Assembly (NCBI GenBank): GCA_965246885.1
Contig: CBDFFV010000001.1
Span: forward strand, 8,364 to 72,363
DNA: 64,000 nucleotides
DNA from: Abditibacterium sp.
GTDB taxonomy: Bacteria > Armatimonadota > Abditibacteriia > Abditibacteriales > Abditibacteriaceae
Direction of reading: 5' to 3'
Position numbers and translations under genes: made by a program. Below the pieces are notes generated by a model that saw only the letters and a program-made list of their open reading frames with translations, was not told where the DNA came from and searched no databases. Below, one piece after another: positions 45,284-55,673 of this stretch (its first letter is position 1; each line of letters starts with the position of its first letter).

Positions 45284-46120
45284 TTGGAAAAAGCGGCCAC
45301 CAGGCTGCGTCACTCGCGTCTTCTCAAAAACTCCTTCTGGCTCTGGAACGGAGTGCGCCCCCTTTATAACCGCGTGCTGGGCGCGCGAAGTCACACCGGG
45401 TTGGAACGCAACATCAATGGCACCGACCGCGTGTTCATCGCCCCGCACGTGCGCGTCGTAACCGAAGAGTACAAACCCGATGTGTGGGCCAGCCTGATGA
45501 GCGAGTTGCGGCGCGACGACACTCTCGCCGATGTCGGCGCCTACTACGGCCTCTACGCGGTCGCCGTCGCAAAGCGGATGGGGGCGGAAGGACGGGTCGT
45601 GGCCTTTGAACCCAGCGCCGCCAACCGCGCCGTGTTGCAAGAACATCTGCGATTGAACCATGTGGAAGAGAAAGTTGAGGTTGTGGCGGCGGCAGTGGGA
45701 AGCGAGACTGGGCGCGTAAGTTTTGCGGGCAACAATTTCAGCGAGTCGCACGTTGTGGCCGGACAAGAAACCGCCGCGTCAAACACCGGTTCGGTGTCTA
45801 CCGAATCGGTCGAGATGGTCACGCTCGACGGCCACTTCGCAGGCATGAAGCTCGACATTCTAAAGATAGACGTGGAAGGTTTCGAGGAACAGGTGCTGCG
45901 CGGTGCCGATAAACTCTTGCGCGACGCGGCGCGCGACCCACGCGTTTTATACATCGAGGTTCATCCCTTCGCGTGGCATCACCTGGGAACGACGGGCGAA
46001 TCACTGCTCGCTTTGCTTGCCTCTCACGGCTTCACCACGACTTTTGTGGACGGGCGCCCAGCCAATAAGATTGAGGATTACGGCGAGATCATCGCGCGCA
46101 GAACTCCACCCGCTCTTTGA
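45284..46120 (+). CDS. FkbM-family methyltransferase
   Basis: DVGAYYG, VVAFEP, LKIDVEGFE. Confidence 0.88.
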   Translation: MEKAATRLRHSRLLKNSFWLWNGVRPLYNRVLGARSHTGLERNINGTDRVFIAPHVRVVTEEYKPDVWASLMSELRRDDTLADVGAYYGLYAVAVAKRMGAEGRVVAFEPSAANRAVLQEHLRLNHVEEKVEVVAAAVGSETGRVSFAGNNFSESHVVAGQETAASNTGSVSTESVEMVTLDGHFAGMKLDILKIDVEGFEEQVLRGADKLLRDAARDPRVLYIEVHPFAWHHLGTTGESLLALLASHGFTTTFVDGRPANKIEDYGEIIARRTPPAL

Positions 46121-46198
46121 ACAAGCCGTCTTCGTGGTCTCCTCTGCTACAACGCAACGTCGAAAGTATCATCCGTTAGCTTCGTATAATTCCATCCG

Positions 46199-48217
46199 AT
46201 GAAAATCGAGAGCCGCGCGTTGCCCCGGCTGGGAATCTTTTTCTCCCATCCCACACAGCACCACTCGGTCATGTTCAAGCACTTGTCCGAGGTGCCGGAT
46301 ATTTCCACCCACATCTACTACTACGATTATGGCTCGCTCAAAGGCGCCTTCGATCCGGGGTATGGCACGAGCGAGAGTTGGGATGTGGACTTGTTGTCGG
46401 GAACGCCCACCAAAGTTCTGCCCAACCTCCTGCGCGGCCAGCAAATCAGCCAGTTCCGGCAGTTCAATCCCCGCGTCATCGGGGCGATGCTGCGCGAACG
46501 CTTCGACGCGGTTTTCGTGTCGGGCTACGTCAGTCCCTCCAATTGGCTGGTGCTTCTGGGCGCAAAACTACTGGGCGCCAAGGTCTTTTACCAGTCCGAC
46601 ACCAACATCTTGGACGAAGAGCGCAAGCCGCAGTCGCGCCTCAAAGCCGTGTTGCGGCGCGCGTTCTTGGATCGGGTGGATTTGTTCTTGCCGATTGGCG
46701 ACCACAACCGCGAGGTTTATACCCGGCTCGGTTACGACCCGCAAAACATGGTGTGGTGTCCTTGTCCCGTAGATGTCGAACGCTTTCGCGGCTCCCTCGA
46801 TAACGCCCAAACCAAAACGGTCAGCGAAGGACTGCGCGCCAAATACGACATTCCCGATGGCGCCAAAATCGTGGCGTTTTGCGGCAAGCTCATCGAGCGC
46901 AAGCGCCCGCAAGACCTCATTGACGCCGTCCGGTCGCTCGGTCGCTCCGATGTCTACGCCCTTCTCATTGGCTCCGGCCCGATGGAAGCGCAGCTTCGGG
47001 CGGGTCTTTCGCCCGCTGACCCCGTTCGCATCACCGGCTTCGTCAATCAAAGCCAAATGCCCGCGCACATGATGCTCGCCGACGTGGGCGTGGTGTGTTC
47101 CGAATGGGATCCGCACCCGCTCGTCGTGACCGAGTTCGCCGCGTGCGGCTTGCCCGTTGTCGCCTCGCACTTTTGCGGGATGTGGGGGCCAAACGACATC
47201 CTGCGCCCCGACGAGAATGGCTTTGTCTATCCCTGCGGCGATGTCGCGGAGTTGGCGTGTTGCATCACCCGCTTGGTGGACGACCCGGCCTTGGCAGCGC
47301 GCATGGGCGCGCATTCCCTTGAACTTTCCGCCACCCAATCGGCCCGCTACGGCGCCCAGATTGTTGCCGAGCAACTCCGAAAACTGAGAAGATCCATTGC
47401 CGTGTCCCATTCCAACACCTCTTCGCGGGTCGCTTTGGTGCCACTCAAGCGGGCAATAGCTGCGGTTTTGTGCAGCGCGCCAATGGGTTGGTTCGTCGGG
47501 ACGCTGTTCGCCAATCGCGTTCCTCATCGGGGCGCCTCTATTGATACGCACCACAAGGCAGTGAAGTCGACCGTCAAGGCGGCTCTGCTGTGGGGCATTT
47601 ACGAGAGCGCCGAGACGCGCTTTTTGCAAAAGTATCTGGAGCCGACACGGGATGTCGTCGAGTTGGGCGCCAGTTTGGGCGTCGTCACTTCGCACATCGC
47701 GCGCATCGTCGGAACGAAGCACCAAATCGTGGTCGTGGAAGCCAACCCCGCGCTCCTCGATTCGATTCAAACCAACGTGCGCCGGAACTGTTCCGGCGCG
47801 CGCCTGTCGGTCGTTCATGGGGCTATTTTCTACTCGCCCGCCCACGAGCCGCCGCCCGCCTCGATTCATTTGCAACTTGGCAACACCAACACCGATTCGA
47901 GCGTGGGCGGCGGCCCCACTGACTCGTCCGTTGCTGTGCCCGTCGTGACGCTCAGCCAAATTCTGGAAGCGCACGCTATTGGTGGCTACACGCTCGTCTG
48001 CGACATTGAGGGCGCCGAAGTCGGCCTGCTCGAACGCGAACAAGCGGCCCTTTCGCGCTGCGAACTGCTGATTGCCGAACTGCACGCAACCCAATGGGAG
48101 GGGCAATCTGTGAGCGCCGACGAACTCTGCGACCGGTTCCAACGCGAGCACGGCTTTCGCTTGCGCGACCGGCACGGCCCGGTTTGCGTGTTTGACCGGC
48201 CAAAAGTATCCGTATGA
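46199..48217 (+). CDS. GT4 glycosyltransferase fused to an FkbM-type methyltransferase
   Basis: N-terminal GT-B domain (FCGKLIERKRP, VVTEFAACGLPV); C-terminal VVELGASLG, VEANP, CDIEGAE. Confidence 0.8.
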   Translation: MKIESRALPRLGIFFSHPTQHHSVMFKHLSEVPDISTHIYYYDYGSLKGAFDPGYGTSESWDVDLLSGTPTKVLPNLLRGQQISQFRQFNPRVIGAMLRERFDAVFVSGYVSPSNWLVLLGAKLLGAKVFYQSDTNILDEERKPQSRLKAVLRRAFLDRVDLFLPIGDHNREVYTRLGYDPQNMVWCPCPVDVERFRGSLDNAQTKTVSEGLRAKYDIPDGAKIVAFCGKLIERKRPQDLIDAVRSLGRSDVYALLIGSGPMEAQLRAGLSPADPVRITGFVNQSQMPAHMMLADVGVVCSEWDPHPLVVTEFAACGLPVVASHFCGMWGPNDILRPDENGFVYPCGDVAELACCITRLVDDPALAARMGAHSLELSATQSARYGAQIVAEQLRKLRRSIAVSHSNTSSRVALVPLKRAIAAVLCSAPMGWFVGTLFANRVPHRGASIDTHHKAVKSTVKAALLWGIYESAETRFLQKYLEPTRDVVELGASLGVVTSHIARIVGTKHQIVVVEANPALLDSIQTNVRRNCSGARLSVVHGAIFYSPAHEPPPASIHLQLGNTNTDSSVGGGPTDSSVAVPVVTLSQILEAHAIGGYTLVCDIEGAEVGLLEREQAALSRCELLIAELHATQWEGQSVSADELCDRFQREHGFRLRDRHGPVCVFDRPKVSV

Positions 48218-49260
48218 AAGTTCTTTTGGTAGGCGACTTTGCGACTTGGATAACGGCGATGGAGCGGTCGTATCGCCGCGCGTTCGAGGCCATCGGAAGC
48301 GAGGTGTTGGCGTTCGACATCCACGCGGCCATCAACCGGCATTGCCGCTTGGGGCGGGTGGGGCGAACGCTCAACCGCTTCCTGCCCGTCGAAGCGTGGA
48401 CGCGCAAAGCCAATCTCGAACTGTTGCAAGCCGCCGATAACTTCGCGCCGGAACTGCTCGTCGTCATCGGCACAAGCGGCGTGTTGCCGGGGATTTTGGC
48501 GCAAATCAAGGTGCGTTTGCCCGCTTGCACCCTCGCGTGCGTGTATCCCGACGGGCCGTATAACCTCACGAACGAGCGCATCGCGTGCCTACCGTTCTTC
48601 GATTTCGTGACCACCTCTTCCCCGGCATGGCAAGAGGCGTTTCGGAAATTGGGCGCCCCGCGCGTCGAGTTCTTGCCCTTCGGGGTGGACGAGACGCTGC
48701 GGGCGCGCGCCACGAACTTCGTGCCCGACGCGGCGCTCGCGCATGATGTCACCTTCATCGGCAACTGGCGCCCCGAACGCGAGGCGCTTTTGGAGAGGCT
48801 ATGCGATTTCGACGTGCGCGTGTGGGGCGGCGACGGGTGGCAGAAGCGTATCCGGCCCGATTCGCCGCTCGCGGGCAAGTGGGGCGGGCGTGCGTTGCAA
48901 GGGCCGGAGTTCGCGCTCGCGTGCGCGCAAAGCCGAATCATGCTCAACATCATGGATGCCGCGACGTGGCCGGGGCCAAATATGCGCGTCTTCGAGCAGG
49001 CCGCGTGCGGCGCTTTTTCGCTTACCACGCGCTCGGAGGCCGTCACCGACCTGTTTCCCGAAGGGCAAACCATCGAGTGCTTCGGCTCGGTCGAGGAAGC
49101 CCGCGAGAAAATCCGCTTTTATCTGGCAAACGAAGACGCGCGCCAAGCCATCGCCAACGCGAGCTACGAGTTCGTCCTTCGTGGCGGTCACACCTACGCG
49201 GACAGGGCGCGGCAGTTGCAAGCGTGGGTAAGGGAAATGCCGCAAAATGTGGCGCGTTAG
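48214..49260 (+). CDS. CgeB-like glycosyltransferase
   Basis: DVTFIG, IMLNI, NMRVFEQAACG, HTYADRA. Confidence 0.85.
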   Translation: MKVLLVGDFATWITAMERSYRRAFEAIGSEVLAFDIHAAINRHCRLGRVGRTLNRFLPVEAWTRKANLELLQAADNFAPELLVVIGTSGVLPGILAQIKVRLPACTLACVYPDGPYNLTNERIACLPFFDFVTTSSPAWQEAFRKLGAPRVEFLPFGVDETLRARATNFVPDAALAHDVTFIGNWRPEREALLERLCDFDVRVWGGDGWQKRIRPDSPLAGKWGGRALQGPEFALACAQSRIMLNIMDAATWPGPNMRVFEQAACGAFSLTTRSEAVTDLFPEGQTIECFGSVEEAREKIRFYLANEDARQAIANASYEFVLRGGHTYADRARQLQAWVREMPQNVAR

Positions 49261-49312
49261 GGGCACATGTTCCCAAGGGCGCGCTCATTTTGTAGGCTTT
49301 TCCCAGCTTTTC

Positions 49313-50554
49313 ATGCCAGAATCGAACCCGGCTCCCCCGGTGCAACTCGCCGCGCCCAGCGCCCAGCCGCTGTTGCAACTTATTTTCTACAACAACCCCG
49401 ACGGTCATCCGCCCATCATCAACGGCCTGCGGTTGTTGGCGCGCGCCGGTTTCGAGATCGAAGTCTTTTGCCGCGATGATGGCAACGATTGGGGGGTGGC
49501 CTATCCCGATGCGGTGCGTTTGCACCGTTTGCGCGGGCCAAGCGGCAACTCGTTGCGCGATTTCGGCGACTTCCTCCTGCGCGTCTTGCGAGGAGCCGAC
49601 AAGCGCGGCGCTCTCGTCATGGGGCACGATTCGCACGGCTTTCTGGTCGCCCGCCTTCTGGCGTGGGCACGCCGTCGCCCGTTGATTTACCACTGCCACG
49701 ACTACGCCGACGCGAGCGACGCCAAACACATTAAAACGCGCGGCGTGAAGTTGGCGCGCGACTTCGAGCAACGCTTCGCGCGCACCGCGCAGGTCGTCAT
49801 TGTCCCCGACGCCGACCGCGCACTCATCATGAAGCGCGAATTGCGCCTTACGCGGGAGCCGCTCATCGTCGCCAACGCGCCACTCAAAGAAAACGCTCCC
49901 AGCGCGCCGCTCCAAGAAAACGCCCCCAACACGCCGGACGACGCGCTACAACAAGCGCTCGCCGCCCAAGGCAAGCGCTTCGAGCGGATCGTGTTTCGCC
50001 AAGGCCGACTCGGAGAGGGGCACGCCATCGAAGGCACGCTACGCTCCCTTCCGGCGTGGAACAATGCGGGCTGGGGATTCGCGGTCATGGGGCCGGGGGA
50101 TGAGGCTTACCGCGAGCAACTGCTGGCGCTGGCGCGCGAGTTGGGCGTGGAAGAGCGCTTCGCCATCCTGCCGCCCGTTGGCTACGACCGCGTGAGCCAC
50201 TTCACGCGCGGCGCCGATGTCGGACACACGATGTATGCCCCCATTCATACCACCAACATGCATCACTCGACGGCCTCGAACAAAATCATGGAGTGTCTGA
50301 GCGCTGGGCTGCCGATCTTGGTGTCGGATGGCCCCGCGCTACGCGCCTTGGTCGAGAGGCACGGTTGCGGTTTAAGCGTAGATCAAAGCTCACCCGAAGC
50401 CATCGCCGCCGCCGTCAACTCGTTGCTGGGCGACCCGCAACGCGCCGCCGACATGGGCCGCGCCGCGCGCCGCGCTTTCGACGAGGTGTTCTGCTACGAC
50501 CGCCAATTCGCGCCTGTGATTGACGTGGTGCGCCACTTGGCAGGGGGAAAATGA
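49313..50554 (+). CDS. GT4 glycosyltransferase
   Basis: SNKIMECLSAGLPILVSD. Contains a small 27-bp internal duplication at 49874-49927. Confidence 0.85.
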   Translation: MPESNPAPPVQLAAPSAQPLLQLIFYNNPDGHPPIINGLRLLARAGFEIEVFCRDDGNDWGVAYPDAVRLHRLRGPSGNSLRDFGDFLLRVLRGADKRGALVMGHDSHGFLVARLLAWARRRPLIYHCHDYADASDAKHIKTRGVKLARDFEQRFARTAQVVIVPDADRALIMKRELRLTREPLIVANAPLKENAPSAPLQENAPNTPDDALQQALAAQGKRFERIVFRQGRLGEGHAIEGTLRSLPAWNNAGWGFAVMGPGDEAYREQLLALARELGVEERFAILPPVGYDRVSHFTRGADVGHTMYAPIHTTNMHHSTASNKIMECLSAGLPILVSDGPALRALVERHGCGLSVDQSSPEAIAAAVNSLLGDPQRAADMGRAARRAFDEVFCYDRQFAPVIDVVRHLAGGK

Positions 50555-50662
50555 ATCCCAAAGCAGCCAAGCGCGCACACTTGGCTTCCGTGTTCCATCA
50601 GAAGTAGCGGCGGATAAGAGCGGCGGGACGCTTCCCGCGACCGTGTGTCCTACAATGTTCCT

Positions 50663-52159
50663 ATGGCTTCCTACTCTTATCCCGGCAACGCCCGCCCGCG
50701 CGGTCTTGAAATCGGCGGCAGGGTTATTTCCACCACGCAAACCGCGTGGGTCGGTTATATCTTGGCGCTTTTGACCTACGCAGTCGTCTTTGGCGAGTGG
50801 CAAAAGGTGCCGGTGCCCGACGATGTTCACGCGCTGGGCGTGTTGGTGGCGGCGCTGTGCTTTTTCCCGATGGCGCTCTGGACGGCGCGCGGCAGCCGCG
50901 AAATCCCGGCTTTCGAGCTAATCTGCATCGCGTATCTGATGGCGTTCAGCGTTCCGATCTACGTCTTGCCCAATCGCATCACCATCTTCAGCGAGCCAAT
51001 GTATTTCACGTGGGCAGACACAGCGCGCGCCGTCTCGCTCGCGGCTATTGGCATCGCGGCGCTTATCGGGGGCTACTATCTCGCGCTCAGCAACAAGTTC
51101 CAGTTAAACGCGCTGCAACTGGACTTGCCCCTCGCCCCGCACAAGCGGCTCACCTTCGTCAAGCTCGCCCTCCTGCTCGGCTTCATTCCTCTTATCGCGG
51201 GCGGCGCGGGGAGGTCGGCGGACGCGGGCGTTTTCAACTCTCTCGTTAGCGTCTTGCAGAACCTAACCAACGTGGCCATTGTTATCTTGGGCTACCGCGT
51301 TGTGCGCGGACAGGAGAATAGCCAATGGAAACTGGTGCTGTATGGCGCCGCCACCCTTTCGGCGTTGCTTGGGTTGACGGCGGGGATGCTCGAAGCTGCC
51401 GTCGTTCCGCTTCTGCTCGTAATCATTGTGCGCTGGAACGTCTCGCGCCGCCTTCCCTGGGGGCTTCTGGGGGTTGGGCTGTGCGTCTTTATACTGCTCA
51501 ACTCGCTCAAGATGAGCTACCGCGCGCAGACGTGGGGCGCGACCCGGCACATCGGCATCACCGAGCGCATCGGCATTTGGGCCGACTTGCTGACCGGGGG
51601 CGGCGTGGCGAGCCACAAGCAGACCAGCTTTCAAGACTCGTTCGGCAAAACGATGAGCCGCTTCGACTTGCTGCATAACTTCGTGCGCGTCCAGCAACTG
51701 ACGCCCGGCACCGTGCCCTATTACGAGGGGAGCACGTATGGGTATCTGTTCTACGGATGGATTCCGCGCTTCCTCTGGCCCGATAAACCCATCGCCCAAG
51801 GCGCCAACGTGACCTTCGCAGTCGCGTATGGCTTTCTCGCGCCAGAGCAAACCAGTTCGGTCATGATCGGCATCGGCCACTTGCCCGAAGCCTACGCCAA
51901 CTTCGGCGTGGGGGGCATCGTCTTCGTGATGGCGCTTCAAGGCGCGTTTCTGGCGTTCATCGGCAAGATGCTGAACGGGCCACACTCCGAAGGCGGCAAA
52001 GCCATTTACCTTGCCATCATGATTTTCTTCCTCAACGGCATCGGCAGTTCAACTGCGGCCTTGTTTATGTCCGTTCCGCAAACGCTCATCATCAGCAGCC
52101 TTATCCTGCGCTTATTTGCGACCGGTTGGCGCGCGCATCCGCAACTCCAGCACCGTTAA
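50663..52159 (+). CDS. Putative polysaccharide polymerase (Wzy-like)
   Basis: More than 10 TM helices; IPRFLWPDKP and EAYANFG motifs in a large periplasmic loop. Confidence 0.7.
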   Translation: MASYSYPGNARPRGLEIGGRVISTTQTAWVGYILALLTYAVVFGEWQKVPVPDDVHALGVLVAALCFFPMALWTARGSREIPAFELICIAYLMAFSVPIYVLPNRITIFSEPMYFTWADTARAVSLAAIGIAALIGGYYLALSNKFQLNALQLDLPLAPHKRLTFVKLALLLGFIPLIAGGAGRSADAGVFNSLVSVLQNLTNVAIVILGYRVVRGQENSQWKLVLYGAATLSALLGLTAGMLEAAVVPLLLVIIVRWNVSRRLPWGLLGVGLCVFILLNSLKMSYRAQTWGATRHIGITERIGIWADLLTGGGVASHKQTSFQDSFGKTMSRFDLLHNFVRVQQLTPGTVPYYEGSTYGYLFYGWIPRFLWPDKPIAQGANVTFAVAYGFLAPEQTSSVMIGIGHLPEAYANFGVGGIVFVMALQGAFLAFIGKMLNGPHSEGGKAIYLAIMIFFLNGIGSSTAALFMSVPQTLIISSLILRLFATGWRAHPQLQHR

Positions 52160-52190
52160 GCGCCCGCCCTTGCCGCTTCGCGGTTCTCGA

Positions 52191-53348
52191 ATGCACGTCC
52201 CACCATCTTCCAAGCACTTGCAAATCCTGTATTTGACGCCCGATTTATTCGGCCCCCCAAGCGGCATTGCGCGCTACTGCCGCCTCGTGTGCCGCGCGAC
52301 CTTGGCGGGTGGGCACGCGCTCACCACCGTTTCTCTGCTCGACCAAAGCCCCGCCCGCGCGCAGGCCAAAGCGACGTTCCCCAAAATGCGCTACTTTCCG
52401 TGCGCCGACCGGCGCGGCGCGTTCATTGGGCGCGCGCTCCGGGCGCTCCGCGCGCGTCCCGATGTCATCTTGGTCGGCCATCCGCACCTTGCCCCCGTTG
52501 GCTGGTTGCTTGGCCAAATCGCTCGTGCCCCTGTCGTCAATTTCATTTACGGCATGGACGCTTGGGAGCCGCTTTCCCCACTGCGCCGGGGCGCCTTGCA
52601 AAGCAGTGCGCTCATTCTGTCCATTTCGCGCTTCACCGCGCGACGTTGCGAACACACCAACGGCATCGCGCCGGACAAAGTGCGCATCCTGCACAACTGC
52701 CTCGACCCCGATTTGCAGCACCAAGAAGCGCACCCCCCCACCGACGCATTGTCCCTCCTGACCGTCGGGCGCATCAACAACTGGGAGCACCCCAAAGGAC
52801 ACGAGTTCGTCATCCGCGCCTTGCCGCAGTTGCTCCAGCAGTTCCCTTCCCTCACCTATCGCGTTATCGGCAACGGCGACGGGTGGGCACCCTTACAAAA
52901 GCTGGCAGCAGAACTGGGCGTGAGCGAGGCCATCCACTGGTCGGCCTTTGTGCCCGAAGCGGAGTTGGCGCGCGCCTACGCGCAGGCCAGCGTATTTATC
53001 ATGCCCAGCCAAAGGGAAGGGTTTGGCTTCGTGTTCGCCGAAGCGATGGCGCAGGGTGTCCCCGCCATTGGCGGCGATAGCGACGCTACGCCCGAAGTCA
53101 TTGTAGATGGAAAAACCGGCTTTTTGGTTGATCCCACCTCCGTCGAAGCCATCACCGAGGCCGCCGCGCGTTTATTGGGCGATGCAGATCTGCGCCGCGA
53201 TATGGGCCGCGCCGCGAGGGAACACGTCGCGCGCCAGTTCAGCTTCGACAAGTTTGAGGAAACCCTCCTCGCCTTCTTGTGCGAACTGCTCCCGCCACAC
53301 TCGGAGAGTGTGACGGGTAGGGGCGCTCCCGACCATGCTTCCGATTGA
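52191..53348 (+). CDS. GT4 glycosyltransferase (paralog 1)
   Basis: EGFGFVFAEAM; highly similar to the next gene. Confidence 0.88.
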   Translation: MHVPPSSKHLQILYLTPDLFGPPSGIARYCRLVCRATLAGGHALTTVSLLDQSPARAQAKATFPKMRYFPCADRRGAFIGRALRALRARPDVILVGHPHLAPVGWLLGQIARAPVVNFIYGMDAWEPLSPLRRGALQSSALILSISRFTARRCEHTNGIAPDKVRILHNCLDPDLQHQEAHPPTDALSLLTVGRINNWEHPKGHEFVIRALPQLLQQFPSLTYRVIGNGDGWAPLQKLAAELGVSEAIHWSAFVPEAELARAYAQASVFIMPSQREGFGFVFAEAMAQGVPAIGGDSDATPEVIVDGKTGFLVDPTSVEAITEAAARLLGDADLRRDMGRAAREHVARQFSFDKFEETLLAFLCELLPPHSESVTGRGAPDHASD

Positions 53349-53426
53349 CCTGATACCGCCCCTGTTAAGATAAACCCCCGCCCGTTTCCCATTCTCTGCC
53401 GCGCCCCGACACCGCACCTTTCCGCC

Positions 53427-54533
53427 ATGCCTTTGCGAATTTTGTATTTGACGCCGGATTTGTTTGGGCCGCCAAGTGGCATCGCGCGCTATTGCCGCAT
53501 GGTCTGCCGCGCCCTCGCGCACGGAGGGCACCGCGTCACCACCATTTCCCTGCTCGACAAAGACAGCGCCCGCACCGAGGCCAAAGCCGCGTTTCCGGCG
53601 ATGCGCTACTTTCCGTGCGACGCCAAACGGCGCCCCTTTATCCGCCACGCCCTGCGCGCCGTGCGCACCCGACCGGACGTAATTTTAGTGGGACACCCCA
53701 ACTTCGCGCCGCTCGGCTGGCTCTTAGCCCGCTTGACTGGCGCGCCCGTCATCAGCTTCATTTATGGCATAGACGCTTGGGAGCCGCTCTCGAAAGCGCG
53801 CCGGTGGGCGCTTGGCGCGGCTACACGCATCGTGTCCATTTCTCGCTTCACCGCCCAAAGCTGCGCGCGCGTGAATGGCATCGCGCTCGCCAAAGTGCGC
53901 ATCTTGCACAACTGCCTCGACCCCAATTTCCAAGAGCGCAACGCCGCGCCCGCGCCCGACGCCCTCTGCCTCCTCACTGTGGCCCGCATTGACGCGGGCG
54001 AAGGTTACAAGGGGCACGATATCGTTATCCGCGCTTTGGGGAAACTATTACAACGGTTTCCCTCACTCGTCTATCACGTCGTCGGCGACGGTGATGGGCG
54101 CCCCGCGCTCGAAGCCCTCGCGCGCACGGAGGGCGTTGCCCATGCCGTCTGCTTTCATGGCGTGGTGTCCGAGCGCGAACTAATCGAGAGCTACCAAAGC
54201 GCGAGCGTGTTCGTGATGCCCAGCCGCTTCGAGGGGTTCGGTTTCGTCTTCGTCGAAGCGATGACGTACGGCAAGCCCGTCGTGTGCGGGAACGAGGACG
54301 CTTCGCCCGAAGTGGTGAGCGACGGCGAAAGCGGATTTTGCGTCGCGCCCACTTCGGTCGCAGCCGTCGGTGCGGCGCTGGAACGCTTGCTCGGCGACGC
54401 TGACTTGCGCGCGCGCATGGGACAAGCCGCCAAGCGGCGCGTCGAGGAACACTTCGGCTTCCCCGCCTTCGAGCGCCATCTGAGCGCCATCTTAGCCGAA
54501 GTCGCGCCCGCCGCGCACGAGGCGGCGCAGTGA
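53427..54533 (+). CDS. GT4 glycosyltransferase (paralog 2)
   Basis: EGFGFVFVEAM; shares ILYLTPDLFGPPSGIARYCR with the previous gene. Confidence 0.88.
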   Translation: MPLRILYLTPDLFGPPSGIARYCRMVCRALAHGGHRVTTISLLDKDSARTEAKAAFPAMRYFPCDAKRRPFIRHALRAVRTRPDVILVGHPNFAPLGWLLARLTGAPVISFIYGIDAWEPLSKARRWALGAATRIVSISRFTAQSCARVNGIALAKVRILHNCLDPNFQERNAAPAPDALCLLTVARIDAGEGYKGHDIVIRALGKLLQRFPSLVYHVVGDGDGRPALEALARTEGVAHAVCFHGVVSERELIESYQSASVFVMPSRFEGFGFVFVEAMTYGKPVVCGNEDASPEVVSDGESGFCVAPTSVAAVGAALERLLGDADLRARMGQAAKRRVEEHFGFPAFERHLSAILAEVAPAAHEAAQ

Positions 54534-55663
54534 AAATCCTGCAAGTCACCATCTACGGCGAGCGCAAGTTTGGCGGGCCGCCGCAGAAGATATTCGCCCT
54601 GAGCGAGGGTCTGGCCGCGCGCGGACACGAGGTGGACATCGCTTCCTTTCACTCGGATGCGCCGGGGGGTCGCCCGTCAGAGTCCATCGGCGGCGCGCGT
54701 CTGCACTTCCTCAAGTGGGTGGGGCGCGAACTGTTGCAACTCCCGACCGACTGGCGCCGTCTGCGCCGCTTGATTCAAAGGGCCGACGTCGTGCATCTTT
54801 ACGGTCTGTATAACCTGCTCTGTCCCCTCGCAGCGCTGTGGGCGTGGCGCTTGGGCAAGCCCTTTGTGCTGGAGCCGGTCGGGATGTGGGTGCCGCGCGC
54901 GCGCAACCTGCGCTTCAAGGCGATCTACAACCGCCTCCTCACCCTGCCGATGGCGCGCGGCGCGGCGCGCGTGGTTGCCACTTCGCCCCGCGAACGGGAG
55001 GAGTTGGCGGGCTTTGTGCCCGAAGACAAGCTCGTCTTGCGGCGCAACGGCCTCGACCTTTCGGCCTTCGCCCACCTCCCGCCCGCCGACGCCTTGCGCG
55101 CGCTGTGGGGTTTGGGCGACGGCGAGCGGGTCGTCTTGTTCATCGGACGCATCAGCCCCATCAAAAACCTCGATACCCTTATCCGCGCCTTCGCCGCCGC
55201 CCGCGTGCCCGGCGCGCGTCTCGTGTTGGTCGGGCCGGAACTCGAACCCGATTACGCCGCCACGCTGCGCGCCTTGGTGGACGAACTCGGCCTCCTTGAG
55301 CGCGTCCTGCTCGCGGGCGAACTGTACGGCGACGACAAACTGGCGGCCTTGGGCGCGGCGGAGTTGTTCGTGTTGCCCTCGACGTATGAAAGCTACGGCA
55401 ACGCCGCCGCCGAAGCGGTCGCGGCGGGTGTGCCCGTGCTGCTCTCGAACGGTTGCGGCATCGCGCCGCTCCTCCACGAACGGGCGGGCATGGCCGTCGC
55501 GCCCGAAATTGGCCCCCTCGCGGCGGGGTTGACCCTGCTCCTGACCGACCCCGCCGCGCGCGCCGACCTGATGCGCCGCCGCGCCGAAGTGGTGCGCGAC
55601 CTCTCGTGGGACGAACCGCTCGACCAAACCGAAGCGCTCTACGCCGCCCTTCTCCAGAAGTAA
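54530..55663 (+). CDS. GT4 glycosyltransferase
   Basis: FIGRISPIKNL, ESYGNAAAEA. Confidence 0.88.
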   Translation: MKILQVTIYGERKFGGPPQKIFALSEGLAARGHEVDIASFHSDAPGGRPSESIGGARLHFLKWVGRELLQLPTDWRRLRRLIQRADVVHLYGLYNLLCPLAALWAWRLGKPFVLEPVGMWVPRARNLRFKAIYNRLLTLPMARGAARVVATSPREREELAGFVPEDKLVLRRNGLDLSAFAHLPPADALRALWGLGDGERVVLFIGRISPIKNLDTLIRAFAAARVPGARLVLVGPELEPDYAATLRALVDELGLLERVLLAGELYGDDKLAALGAAELFVLPSTYESYGNAAAEAVAAGVPVLLSNGCGIAPLLHERAGMAVAPEIGPLAAGLTLLLTDPAARADLMRRRAEVVRDLSWDEPLDQTEALYAALLQK

Positions 55664-55673
55664 CTCCCGCGTT

